In this document: positions 17,875 to 25,913 of the stretch, piece after piece | Layout: each line of letters opens with the position of its first letter | How positions within the stretch are numbered: the first letter of the stretch is position 1 | Assembly: GCA_030651175.1 (NCBI GenBank) | Contig: JAUSCR010000015.1 | Location: 1-42,821 of the forward strand | Length of the DNA stretch: 42,821 nucleotides | Source of the DNA: Dehalococcoidia bacterium | GTDB taxonomy: Bacteria > Chloroflexota > Dehalococcoidia > Lucifugimonadales > SHYF01 | Direction of reading: 5' to 3' | The notes under the pieces: generated by a model | The model's database searches: none | What the model was told of the DNA's origin: nothing | The model's input: the letters and a program-made list of their open reading frames with translations, nothing else | Made by a program: the position numbers and the translations under genes

Positions 17875-20673
17875 CTATTGAGGCAACGCTGGCCGGGCAA
17901 CAGACAGCGGGATTTCAATAGTGATTTTGGTCCCCTGGCCTGGGGAAGAGTCTATGTTCAGAGTGCCTCCAAAAAGGGCGACCCTCTCCTGCATGCCCAA
18001 AAGCCCAACTCCTGCTTCCTTGTGCCGGGGCCTTAGCACCTGGGCAGCACGGAAGCTCTTGCCATTGTCTGCAATGATCACCCGGACCAGTGAATCCTGC
18101 ACCTGCAAGGCAATCCTGGCAGTGGAGCACTGGGCGTGTTTAGCGATATTGTTGATGGCCTCCTGTACTATTCGGAACAGGGCTGTTTCCAACTGGGCCG
18201 GCAGACGGGGGTTTGCCTTGGGGGACTCCACAGCAACTTCCACCCCCTGGCTCTCGAGGCGATCGGCGGCGTACCAACGGATGGCAGGGAGCAAACCCAG
18301 GTCATCCAGCGCAGTGGGCCGCAGGTCCGCTATCAATCTTCTGATATCTTCCAGGGCGCGCACTGTCGTAATGCGGTGTCTTGCCAGCCTAGCCTTTATC
18401 TCGGCAAGCTCTGGGGGTAGCTCTCTTTCAATAGACTCAAACTGCATGATCAGGCCACTGAGTGCCTGTGCCGTATCATCGTGGAGCTCTCGGGCAAGTC
18501 GTCTTCGCTCATCCTCTTGGGCCGATATCAGCCTCTCCAGCAATTGCCCTCGTAGCTGTTCTTTGTGCCGCACCTCCTCGTAGAGACGGGCGTTTTCAAT
18601 GGCCAGCGCGGCCTGGTTGGCCAGGCGGGACAGGAGGTCCGTCTCCTGACGCTGAAACGCGTGCAGGCTGCGGTAGGCAACAGTGAGGGCGCCGATAACC
18701 TTGTCTGCAATCTTTAGAGGCGCACCCGCATGGGATTTCAGGCCCTCTTGCTCCACCAATGAGTCCATTTGATCGTCATGGGAGATGGTGGGGTCGTCCA
18801 TGTAGTCCAGCACGGTGACGACTCTTCCCAGTTCAACTACCTTGCCTGCGAACCCCTGATGCAAGTTCAACATCATCTCATTGAACGCCTGGACACGAAC
18901 GCCGCTGGTTGCACGAATGTGGATCGTCTCCGTGCTCTCATCGAGTAGGTTCAGTATGCCAACGTCCGCACCCAGGAGTTCTCGGGCCTTTCCAACTACC
19001 GAGTCGAGTATCTTGTCAACGTCCATAAGGGCCGAGATCTCGACGCCCAGTTCGTACAGAGCCTCAGCCTCCTGCTCCCGCCTTTGTTCCTCGCGAAATA
19101 GATTGGCGTTGTCCACTGCTACTGCTATTTGGTGGCCGATGGCGGCCAAGAGTTCCCTCTCCCGATGTCCAAGCAGGCCCCCTTCTTTGGTGACCAGGAC
19201 GAGTAGTCCCTGGAGCCTTCCTTTCGATGAAAGGGGCACGCTGGTAATGGAGACGGGCCTTCCGTTCCGCGCAGAGGGTGGCCCGGCCTCTTGAGTGATA
19301 GGGAGGACATCCTGCGGCAAGGTAGCTGGTTGCTGCCACCGGGCAATGAATTCCACGTGGTTCTGGGAAAGGCCGCGTTGTATCTTCAACACCATCGGCT
19401 GCCCTTCAGCCCCCGCGAGAAAGATGCCGCCCGCCTCACTACCGATTGCCGCCAGAACCTTGTCCAGAGCGGCGTCCAGACTCTGTTCCAGGTCCAGGGA
19501 TTGGCTCGTTGTAGTGGCGATGGCGTTGAGGGCTGAGAGTTCCAGGTTGCGCTGTTCTATGTCCTTTGCCCTATCTTCGATCTGCTGGCGGGAGATTTCG
19601 AGCTCTGCCCTCATCGTCTCGAAGCTCCTGGCCAGCACGGCGATTTCATCCTCGCCTTTTGCCTCAATCGGGCCAGAGAGATCGCCAGCGGCTATTCTCC
19701 GTGCCGCGTCCGTAAGCCTGCGAATTGGGCTGAGCAGGCCACGCATGAATACCGCTGTGAGTGCCAAGACGAGCAGCAGCGAACCGATGCCCACGCCCAA
19801 CATCCCCAGCTTGAGCGTCTGTGATGGCCTCAGGGCCTCCTCCTCCGCCTGGCGGACGGCAACCCCCCAGGAGGCAGTAGAAAGAGGTGCAAATGCCAGG
19901 ACATCCTTTCGCCTGGACACACCAGCCGCGGATTCGTGGCAGTTATGACAGGTGCGCACCACCGCTTTCTTGTCCTGGATCAAGGCAACGAACCGGGCGC
20001 CGTGATCGCTCTGGCCAAAGACATCCTGAGGCTGCGTTGACGCCAGCACCTCTCCCTTCTCATCCACCACTTGAGCATAGCCGGTCCTGCCCAACGTGAT
20101 GGCCTCAATGAAACCGCTGATTTTGGGCTGAGTCAGGTCAATACCAGCGCCAATAGCGCCCACCACCTTGCCATCTGCCCCCAGAATAGGAACAAGGTAG
20201 ACCACCACTGGGTTACCGCCAATGAACGAAGCCGCAATCTGGGAGATGCGGGGCTGGCCGGCGAAGTAGGCGCTGGCGACGTATCTGTTGTCGGAGAGGT
20301 TTACGCCAATGGCATCGTTTGCCTGGGGCTGGATAGCCAAGACCGTGCCTCCCCTATCCAGTAGAAAAAGCTCTCTGGCGGACAGCTTGGATTTGAGGCT
20401 CTCAAGCACCCGGTGTTCCTGCTCCAGATCACGGTGAACCAGGTCAATGGAATTGGAACTGGCAACCTCTTGGATCTGCGCCAGCAAGCTCCGGTTGTAG
20501 TGGTCAATGGACTGCGCCGCCACCTGTGCCAGGAGAAGCCTCTCTTGAAGGCTCCGTTGCACGCTCTCTCTCAGAGCCCACGTGCTGATAAATGCGAAGG
20601 CGGCCAACAGGAGCAGAAGCCCAAAGACAACCAGCGCCATCACCCTCTGCGTCAGACTCGTCCGAGCCCACAT
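17875..20673 (-). CDS. sensor histidine kinase: TM, periplasmic Cache-like domain with CxxCH, TM, HAMP, 2x GAF, HisKA_3, HATPase_c
   Basis: 932 aa with two TM helices (residues about 12-33 and 289-310). The HAMP region is PIRRLTDAARRIAAGDL, the H-box is LARELHDDTAQ, the N-box is QEAINNIAKHA and the G-box is GVGLLGMQERV. The motif CHNCH at residues 242-246 corresponds to nt 19936-19950. Confidence 0.9.
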   Translation of the reverse strand: MWARTSLTQRVMALVVFGLLLLLAAFAFISTWALRESVQRSLQERLLLAQVAAQSIDHYNRSLLAQIQEVASSNSIDLVHRDLEQEHRVLESLKSKLSARELFLLDRGGTVLAIQPQANDAIGVNLSDNRYVASAYFAGQPRISQIAASFIGGNPVVVYLVPILGADGKVVGAIGAGIDLTQPKISGFIEAITLGRTGYAQVVDEKGEVLASTQPQDVFGQSDHGARFVALIQDKKAVVRTCHNCHESAAGVSRRKDVLAFAPLSTASWGVAVRQAEEEALRPSQTLKLGMLGVGIGSLLLVLALTAVFMRGLLSPIRRLTDAARRIAAGDLSGPIEAKGEDEIAVLARSFETMRAELEISRQQIEDRAKDIEQRNLELSALNAIATTTSQSLDLEQSLDAALDKVLAAIGSEAGGIFLAGAEGQPMVLKIQRGLSQNHVEFIARWQQPATLPQDVLPITQEAGPPSARNGRPVSITSVPLSSKGRLQGLLVLVTKEGGLLGHRERELLAAIGHQIAVAVDNANLFREEQRREQEAEALYELGVEISALMDVDKILDSVVGKARELLGADVGILNLLDESTETIHIRATSGVRVQAFNEMMLNLHQGFAGKVVELGRVVTVLDYMDDPTISHDDQMDSLVEQEGLKSHAGAPLKIADKVIGALTVAYRSLHAFQRQETDLLSRLANQAALAIENARLYEEVRHKEQLRGQLLERLISAQEDERRRLARELHDDTAQALSGLIMQFESIERELPPELAEIKARLARHRITTVRALEDIRRLIADLRPTALDDLGLLPAIRWYAADRLESQGVEVAVESPKANPRLPAQLETALFRIVQEAINNIAKHAQCSTARIALQVQDSLVRVIIADNGKSFRAAQVLRPRHKEAGVGLLGMQERVALFGGTLNIDSSPGQGTKITIEIPLSVARPALPQ

Positions 20674-20753
20674 CTTTAGCCCTCTCTGTTGAGCCTATAT
20701 GGTAGCAGGCGCATGGGCTGGCTGGAAGCACAACACCCTATTGTTGCACTGGG

Positions 20754-22115
20754 CTAATCCTCCGGCGCTCCTCGCTCTATCCAGCGGCCAATCATAGCGA
20801 CGTCTTCGTCACTGAGAGGGGCGCCTCCCAGGGGCATAGGGGAAACACCTACGGCCTTTCCCCTTAGGGCCTGAAACAGGATGCTTGTCGCCGCGTTGCC
20901 CGGCGTGATCATCGGCTTGTGGTTCCCTGTAGTCATGGCCAACTTGTAGCTGGTCAGATTCAGGCCGCCCATCGCTGCGGCCCCGTGGCAGGCGGTGCAG
21001 CCCTTGTCAAAGATAGGCTGTACGTTCCTTGCGTATGAGGGTTGGCCCTGCGCAGGCCCAGGGCTGGACACAGGGGTGGAACTGGGCGTTGGAGTTGGGC
21101 TGGCAGCCGGGGGTAGGGCGTTCCCCCTCAGGCTGAACAGGTAGTCCGCCACATCGTTTATCTGACTTTCGCTGAGCTTATCCTGGAATGCAGGCATTCT
21201 GCTCCCAGCAAGCACTGACGCGGGATTCTTTATGAACGCCGTCAGCCACGCCAGGCTACGGTAGGTGCCCACCTTGGAGAGATCAGGGCCTACGTTTCCT
21301 CCTGAGCCGTTCACGGCGTGGCATACTGAGCAGTTTGTGCCGAAAAGTGCTGGCGCCTCCGCGCTGAACGTCACTGGAGCGCCCAGAGTCAGCAGGTAGT
21401 CGCTCAGCCCCTGCACCTCCTCGCTGGTGAATTGCAGCTTGGGGTGCATGGTCAGGGGAATCATCGCCCCCGGGCTCGCGAGGTAAGCAAGAAGCGCCTG
21501 TTTGTCCAACTTGCTGGCTACGTTGGAGAGGTCAGGACCCACCGCCCCTCCTTCTCCGTTTATGCTGTGGCAGTAGGTACAGCCCAACTCTCGGTATATC
21601 CTCTTGCCCATTGCTACGGCAGGCGTCTCGTCGGAGGGTGGGTTCACCAGTGGGGAGGTGAATCCCCTGTAGGTAAGGAATGCTATTCCCAGCACCACGA
21701 CAATACCCAGCCCGGTGGCCAGAGGCCTTCTCAGCGGGTGGCGCTGGCTACTACGGTCTATGAATGGAATGGCTAGCAAGACGAGAACGGCCAGGGCGGG
21801 AAAGCCAACTGTGACCAGGATTTCCAGTGATGGTGGGGTGTACTTCAGTGCCTCGAAAAGGAACAGGAAGTACCACTCGGGCCGAGGGTTGTATGTGGTG
21901 GTGGTGGGGTCAGCCATGGGTCCTGTCTCCGCCCCCACTATGATTGCCAGGGCCAGGATCACTCCGACGACCACCAGAGACGCAAAGGCGTCATGGAATA
22001 TGTGGTACGGGAAGAATGACTCCCCGCGATCTTTGGCCTCGTGGTAGTGCTCCTCGTATTCCTCCTTGCGGCTCTTCTGAGGGGGAGGCCTTCTCCAGCC
22101 ACCATTACCTTGCAT
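20754..22115 (-). CDS. qcrC: cytochrome bc-complex subunit IV (cytochrome b C-terminal part) fused to three c-type heme domains
   Basis: 453 aa. The N-terminal part has PEWYFLFLFEALK and 3 TM helices. There are three CxxCH motifs: CTYCH (21567-21581), CSVCH (21318-21332) and CTACH (20985-20999). Downstream Met-Pro ligand candidates are SRMPAF and SPMPLGG. Confidence 0.85.
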   Translation of the reverse strand: MQGNGGWRRPPPQKSRKEEYEEHYHEAKDRGESFFPYHIFHDAFASLVVVGVILALAIIVGAETGPMADPTTTTYNPRPEWYFLFLFEALKYTPPSLEILVTVGFPALAVLVLLAIPFIDRSSQRHPLRRPLATGLGIVVVLGIAFLTYRGFTSPLVNPPSDETPAVAMGKRIYRELGCTYCHSINGEGGAVGPDLSNVASKLDKQALLAYLASPGAMIPLTMHPKLQFTSEEVQGLSDYLLTLGAPVTFSAEAPALFGTNCSVCHAVNGSGGNVGPDLSKVGTYRSLAWLTAFIKNPASVLAGSRMPAFQDKLSESQINDVADYLFSLRGNALPPAASPTPTPSSTPVSSPGPAQGQPSYARNVQPIFDKGCTACHGAAAMGGLNLTSYKLAMTTGNHKPMITPGNAATSILFQALRGKAVGVSPMPLGGAPLSDEDVAMIGRWIERGAPED

Positions 22116-22797
22116 CGTTGCGATCCTTTATCTGTCGGTCTGGTGGTGTCGAGATGCCCTGTCTGATCACCAAGAACAGGTGGCCGCCTATGAGCAGGGC
22201 GATCCCAACAGGTATCACAAGCATGTGGAGGGCGTAGAATCGGGTCAAGGTCGCTGCCCCCATATCCGTGCCCCCAAGAAGCAACCTTCGCTGGAACTCT
22301 CCCATCACGGGGACTGTGCCCGCTATCTTTGTGCCCACAGTCGTCGCCCAGTAGGCCTTCTGGTCCCAGGGCAGCAGATAGCCCGTGAACGCAGCCCCCA
22401 ATACCAGCAGCAGCAGGAATACCCCCAAGACCCAGGTCAGCTCCCGGGGATACTTGTAGGCCGCCATGAAATACACCCTGAGCATGTGTAGGAAAACGAG
22501 GACGACCATGGCGTTGGCTGCCCAGTAATGGATGCCACGGATGAGCGAGCCAAAGGGGAGCTCCTCGGTGATGTACTGAATGCTGTCCCAGGCGTGGTCT
22601 GGAGAAGGGGAATAGTTCATGCTTAGGAAGATGCCTGTGACCGCCAGGATGATAAACGTGACCATGGTGGCGCTGCCCAATGTATTCAACCAGCCCACCC
22701 CGGCGGGTATCTTCCTGTCAAGGAACGCCGATATCAGGGGGCTAAGTGCCAGCCTTTCCTCAATCCAGCCGCCGACCTGAGTCAATGATCTTTTCAT
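22105..22797 (-). CDS. qcrB: cytochrome b6-type cytochrome b (N-terminal four-helix part)
   Basis: I prefer the ATG at 22797 (MKRSLTQVGGWIEERL), preceded by AGGAGG. The heme ligand pairs are HYWAANAMVVLVFLH (H-x13-H) and HMLVIPVGIALLIGGH (H-x14-H, the b6-type spacing). Confidence 0.9.
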   Translation of the reverse strand: MKRSLTQVGGWIEERLALSPLISAFLDRKIPAGVGWLNTLGSATMVTFIILAVTGIFLSMNYSPSPDHAWDSIQYITEELPFGSLIRGIHYWAANAMVVLVFLHMLRVYFMAAYKYPRELTWVLGVFLLLLVLGAAFTGYLLPWDQKAYWATTVGTKIAGTVPVMGEFQRRLLLGGTDMGAATLTRFYALHMLVIPVGIALLIGGHLFLVIRQGISTPPDRQIKDRNDAR

Positions 22798-22804
22798 TGC
22801 TCTT

Positions 22805-23320
22805 CTACGCCTCCTTTGCCAGGATGGAATCACCCTCAACTTTGGTCAGCAGCCGGTCCAGTGGCCGGGGAGGCGGCCCCGATATGACTGTCCCGTCAAT
22901 AGTATAGATGCCCTCATGACAGGGGCAATGGAAGTGGGGCTGGCCCTTGTAAGGCCCCTCTCCCTTCCACGGCTCTTCTGTCCAGGTGTAGGGACAGCCC
23001 AGATGGGTACAGTGAGGATCGAAGACGGTAAAGTTCTGGCCGTCCTGGGTCACAATCCACGCCCCCTTGCGGTGCGTGGTCAAAACCCAGCTATCCTTCA
23101 TCCGCTGCTCATACTCCACATGGATTGGCTTGCCTACTGGAACATCTGCTGTGCGAGCTATGACAGCCCAGTCTTTCTCTGTTGACCCCAGGGCTGGGGA
23201 AATGAAATAGCGCACCAACGGGATAGCCAAGACAGCAGAGATGAGGCCTGTGATGCCGACAACGCCATACTTTAGGAAGTTCCTGCGGGAAACAGAGCTA
23301 TTGTTAGTAGATCGTCGCAT
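22805..23320 (-). CDS. qcrA: Rieske 2Fe-2S subunit with a twin-arginine signal
   Basis: 171 aa. It has the Tat motif SRRNFLKYG and the cluster boxes CTHLGCP and CPCHEG. Confidence 0.92.
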   Translation of the reverse strand: MRRSTNNSSVSRRNFLKYGVVGITGLISAVLAIPLVRYFISPALGSTEKDWAVIARTADVPVGKPIHVEYEQRMKDSWVLTTHRKGAWIVTQDGQNFTVFDPHCTHLGCPYTWTEEPWKGEGPYKGQPHFHCPCHEGIYTIDGTVISGPPPRPLDRLLTKVEGDSILAKEA

Positions 23321-23365
23321 GTCCCTATACGCTCCTTACAGTACACAACTCCGCATTAAGTGTAT

Positions 23366-23395
23366 ATCTTAGAGCATTTCCACTAATCCATTCAA
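23366..23395 (-). promoter_or_regulatory. possible sigma70-like promoter of the Rieske/cyt b operon
   Basis: On the minus strand: TTGAAT (23390-23395), an 18-nt spacer, then TAAGAT (23366-23371). A leader of about 40 nt follows, containing AAGGAG before the ATG at 23320. This is a by-eye match. Confidence 0.3.
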
Positions 23396-23966
23396 GTGAG
23401 CCAAGCCCCATTTGGCCACTCTTTGTATCTATCTTTGGGGCTGCCCGGTTGACTAGTAGAGATGCCCTAACCTCCTGCGCCCACTGGGGATACGCTGAGG
23501 CAACCCAAAACGGGACGACCAACCACTGGTCTTGGCCACATCAACATAGTCAAGCAAAGTATTTGTGATAAATGTTACACCCCGCCAGACCCTGCTAGCA
23601 TCACCTGAATCCATGAATCTTGTAGCATCACATACTACCTTGATGTAGTGGTTTCAATGACTCTCTATCCTCACTATAAGTTACTACGCTATTGGTATAA
23701 CGATGACGGCTTATAGCAATTGCTTCGGCCCTGCCTGGTTGCACAGCAGTACGGCGTGCCCATTTGTCCCGAGTCCAGACCCACACACTGGCTGCCCCAA
23801 CCCGCGTACAGTCTATAAATGAGTATGCTCTATCACCAGAAGGCATTACACAAAAATGATGCCTTCTTCTTGAAAAGGTCGTTGTTTTAGTGATGGTGGC
23901 AAAGTCGAAGCTCCGCTACCCTGGTCGGCAACGGTGATAGAGGTTGGATTGAGGAAGGCAATTGAA

Positions 23967-24137
23967 ATGAACAACAGTATATCTGCACCACGAAGAATCC
24001 TTGGGCTGGATGTCTTAGGGATGGCCAAGGAGAGGACGGAGGGTAATCGGGGGCGTGTGGTACTGGCCGTTGCGATCGTGGCGGTTACCCTTGGGGCGAT
24101 TTACCTTCCATACTTCTTGGCGCTACTCTGGTCCTGA
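23967..24137 (+). CDS. possible 56-aa single-TM small protein
   Basis: The ATG at 23967 lies 8 nt after GAGGAAGG. The C-terminal hydrophobic helix is VVLAVAIVAVTLGAIYLPYFLALLW. A strong terminator lies 55 nt downstream. No homology is recognised. An alternative start is at 24021. Confidence 0.35.
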   Translation: MNNSISAPRRILGLDVLGMAKERTEGNRGRVVLAVAIVAVTLGAIYLPYFLALLWS

Positions 24138-24192
24138 CGTGATACGTCTTTCCCCGTAGCTGTCGAACTCTGCTATGCGCGCACGGTTGGTT

Positions 24193-24229
24193 AAGGAGCG
24201 CCTCTGTGAACGAGGCGCTCCTTTTCGTT
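24193..24229 (+). terminator. rho-independent terminator
   Basis: A 12-bp perfect stem, aaggagcgcctc / gaggcgctcctt, with the 7-nt loop tgtgaac, followed by ttcgtt. Confidence 0.6.
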
Positions 24230-24432
24230 CGGCAGGGTTAAGCGTGATAGCTACACCATATTACATTCCATGCCTGGTTTTACCGGCGATATGCGGGGCG
24301 TCGCCCACTTCCCCCGCATGTGTCCCACCTGGGCCTGGAGCTGAAGCTCTTTCATCAACTACGGTCTACCTTACGAGCTAGGCCCCAGCCGCGCCCCAAT
24401 CCACAAGGGATAGAGCCGGAGCAAAAGCCTGG

Positions 24433-24462
24433 TTGACGCCCCTAGAAACGGAATGTTACATT
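24433..24462 (+). promoter_or_regulatory. possible promoter of tRNA-Trp
   Basis: TTGACG (24433-24438), an 18-nt spacer, then TACATT (24457-24462). It lies about 30 nt upstream of the tRNA 5' end. Confidence 0.35.
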
Positions 24463-24492
24463 GACTGGTGCCCGATGGGTTGATGGGGCCAC

Positions 24493-24569
24493 AGGGGTGT
24501 AGCTCAGCCTGGTAGAGCAGCGGTCTCCAAAACCGCAGGTCGAGGGTTCGAATCCTTCCGCCCCTGCCA
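24493..24569 (+). tRNA. tRNA-Trp (anticodon CCA), CCA encoded
   Basis: 77-nt cloverleaf. Acceptor is AGGGGTG/CGCCCCT, the D-arm is GCTC-AGCCTGGTA-GAGC, the anticodon arm is GCGGT-CTCCAAA-ACCGC and the T-arm is GAGGG-TTCGAAT-CCTTC. It ends in G-CCA. Confidence 0.93.
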
Positions 24570-24583
24570 TTTCCAAATACAAA

Positions 24584-24619
24584 ACCCCAGTCTCTTTCTA
24601 AGACTGGGGTTAGCTTTTG
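24584..24619 (+). terminator. hairpin terminator downstream of tRNA-Trp
   Basis: A 10-bp stem, accccagtct / agactggggt, with the 7-nt loop ctttcta, then tagcttttgt. Confidence 0.5.
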
Positions 24620-24648
24620 TATGAATTGACACCCGTTTGACACCCGAA

Positions 24649-25818
24649 TCATGCGGGGGTGTCAACCGTTGCCAACGGAGCGGACGGGTGAAGCATCTTG
24701 TCGAAGGCCAGTGCCGCCGCCGCTTGCAGCCCTGGGGCCACGTGTGAATAGACATCCAACGTGACGGCGATGGTGGAGTGGCCTAGTCGCTCCTGGACGA
24801 TCTTGGGATGCACTCCCTGGGACAGCATGAAGGAGGCGTGGGTGTGCCGGGCATCATGGAACCGGACGCCCTTCAAGCCAAGCCCAATTACAAGCCGCTC
24901 CCATGCCCGCGTAGTGCTGTCTGGCAGCATGGGCCTACCATCGGGCCAGCTAAAGACGGGAGTAGCATCCGAGAAGGCCACTCCCAGGTCCGCCATTTCA
25001 GATTCCAGCTTTGCCAGATGGTCCCGCAACACAACGGCGTTGCTGGGCGTCAAGGCCACAGCCCGCCGTCCCTTGGCTGACTTAGGCTCGGTAAACACCA
25101 CTTTGCCGCCTGGCATCACGTGCATGGCCCGTACCACATGGACGGTGCCCAAGGTTAGGTCAACGTTCCCAACTTGGAGGCCCAAAAGCTCACTCCTGCG
25201 CATGCCGGAGTAAAGCGCCGTATGGAACAGGGCATAGTAAGGCGTGGCCCTGGCAGCTTCTGGCACTCTATTGGCCTCTTGGGGAGACATGGCCCGCATT
25301 TCCCTTGCGCTCCGGCCTGGGGGGAGTCACGGCCTTGCAGGGGTTACGGGAGATGTAGGAGAGCTTGAGAGCGTGGTCCAAGCCCTCTTGCAGTATGCGG
25401 TGTATGTGTAGGACTGTCCTGGCTGACACCGTGGTCAGCAAGTCCCTATAGAACGCCTGGACGTGGGAAGGTTGCAGGTCGCGGAGTGCCGTGCGGCCTA
25501 GAGTGGGATAGACGTGATAACGGGGCTTGCCTTCGTATCCCTGTAGGGTACGGGGGCGCACCCGCTGAGCGTGATCCTGGAGCCACTGAGCTAGTGCTTC
25601 CTGGACTGTAACCTTCTCCGGTCTGATAACGTAGCAGTCGTTGGTGGACGCTATCAGCTCCGCTAGCCTTGCATCCGCTGCTTTTTTGGTGCCCGTGAAT
25701 GTCTCAAACAACTGGCGGCGCTTGCCGTCGGCCCCGCGCTCTCTGACGTAGGCTGCCTCTCATTTTGTGCCTCCATACTCAGGTTTGGGATTTCGGAATA
25801 TAAGCAGGAATAGGGTTC
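24649..25818 (-). pseudogene. phage-type tyrosine integrase, inactivated by an in-frame TGA and a +1 frameshift
   Basis: The catalytic half (24649-25299) has MRRSELLGL, HDARHTHASF and LGHSTIAVTLDVYSHV. The N-terminal half (25268-25711) contains the core-binding domain. A G-run at 25302-25304 shifts the frame (..PRPERK | EMRAMSPQEA..). Upstream, MEIGTLFLLIFRNPKPEYGGTK-TGA-EAAYVRERGADGKRRQ has its stop (25750-25752) where a Trp (TGG) would fit. Confidence 0.8.
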
Positions 25819-25913
25819 CTATCTCCATATGCCCTATGCGGGCCAGCAGCGGCGTCCTATCAAACTGCGGGAGCCACTGAGCGAAGATGCGGAGCAACGT
25901 CGTGATGGGAAAC

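Noticed and set aside
25750-25752. An in-frame TGA at a Trp-like position in the integrase next to tRNA-Trp, considered as possible UGA-to-Trp recoding.
   Set aside because: The adjacent tRNA has the standard CCA anticodon. TGA also terminates full-length conserved genes here, for example pepP at 95-97 and the MFS gene at 34189-34191. The integrase carries an independent frameshift as well, so a nonsense mutation in a decaying gene is the simpler reading.
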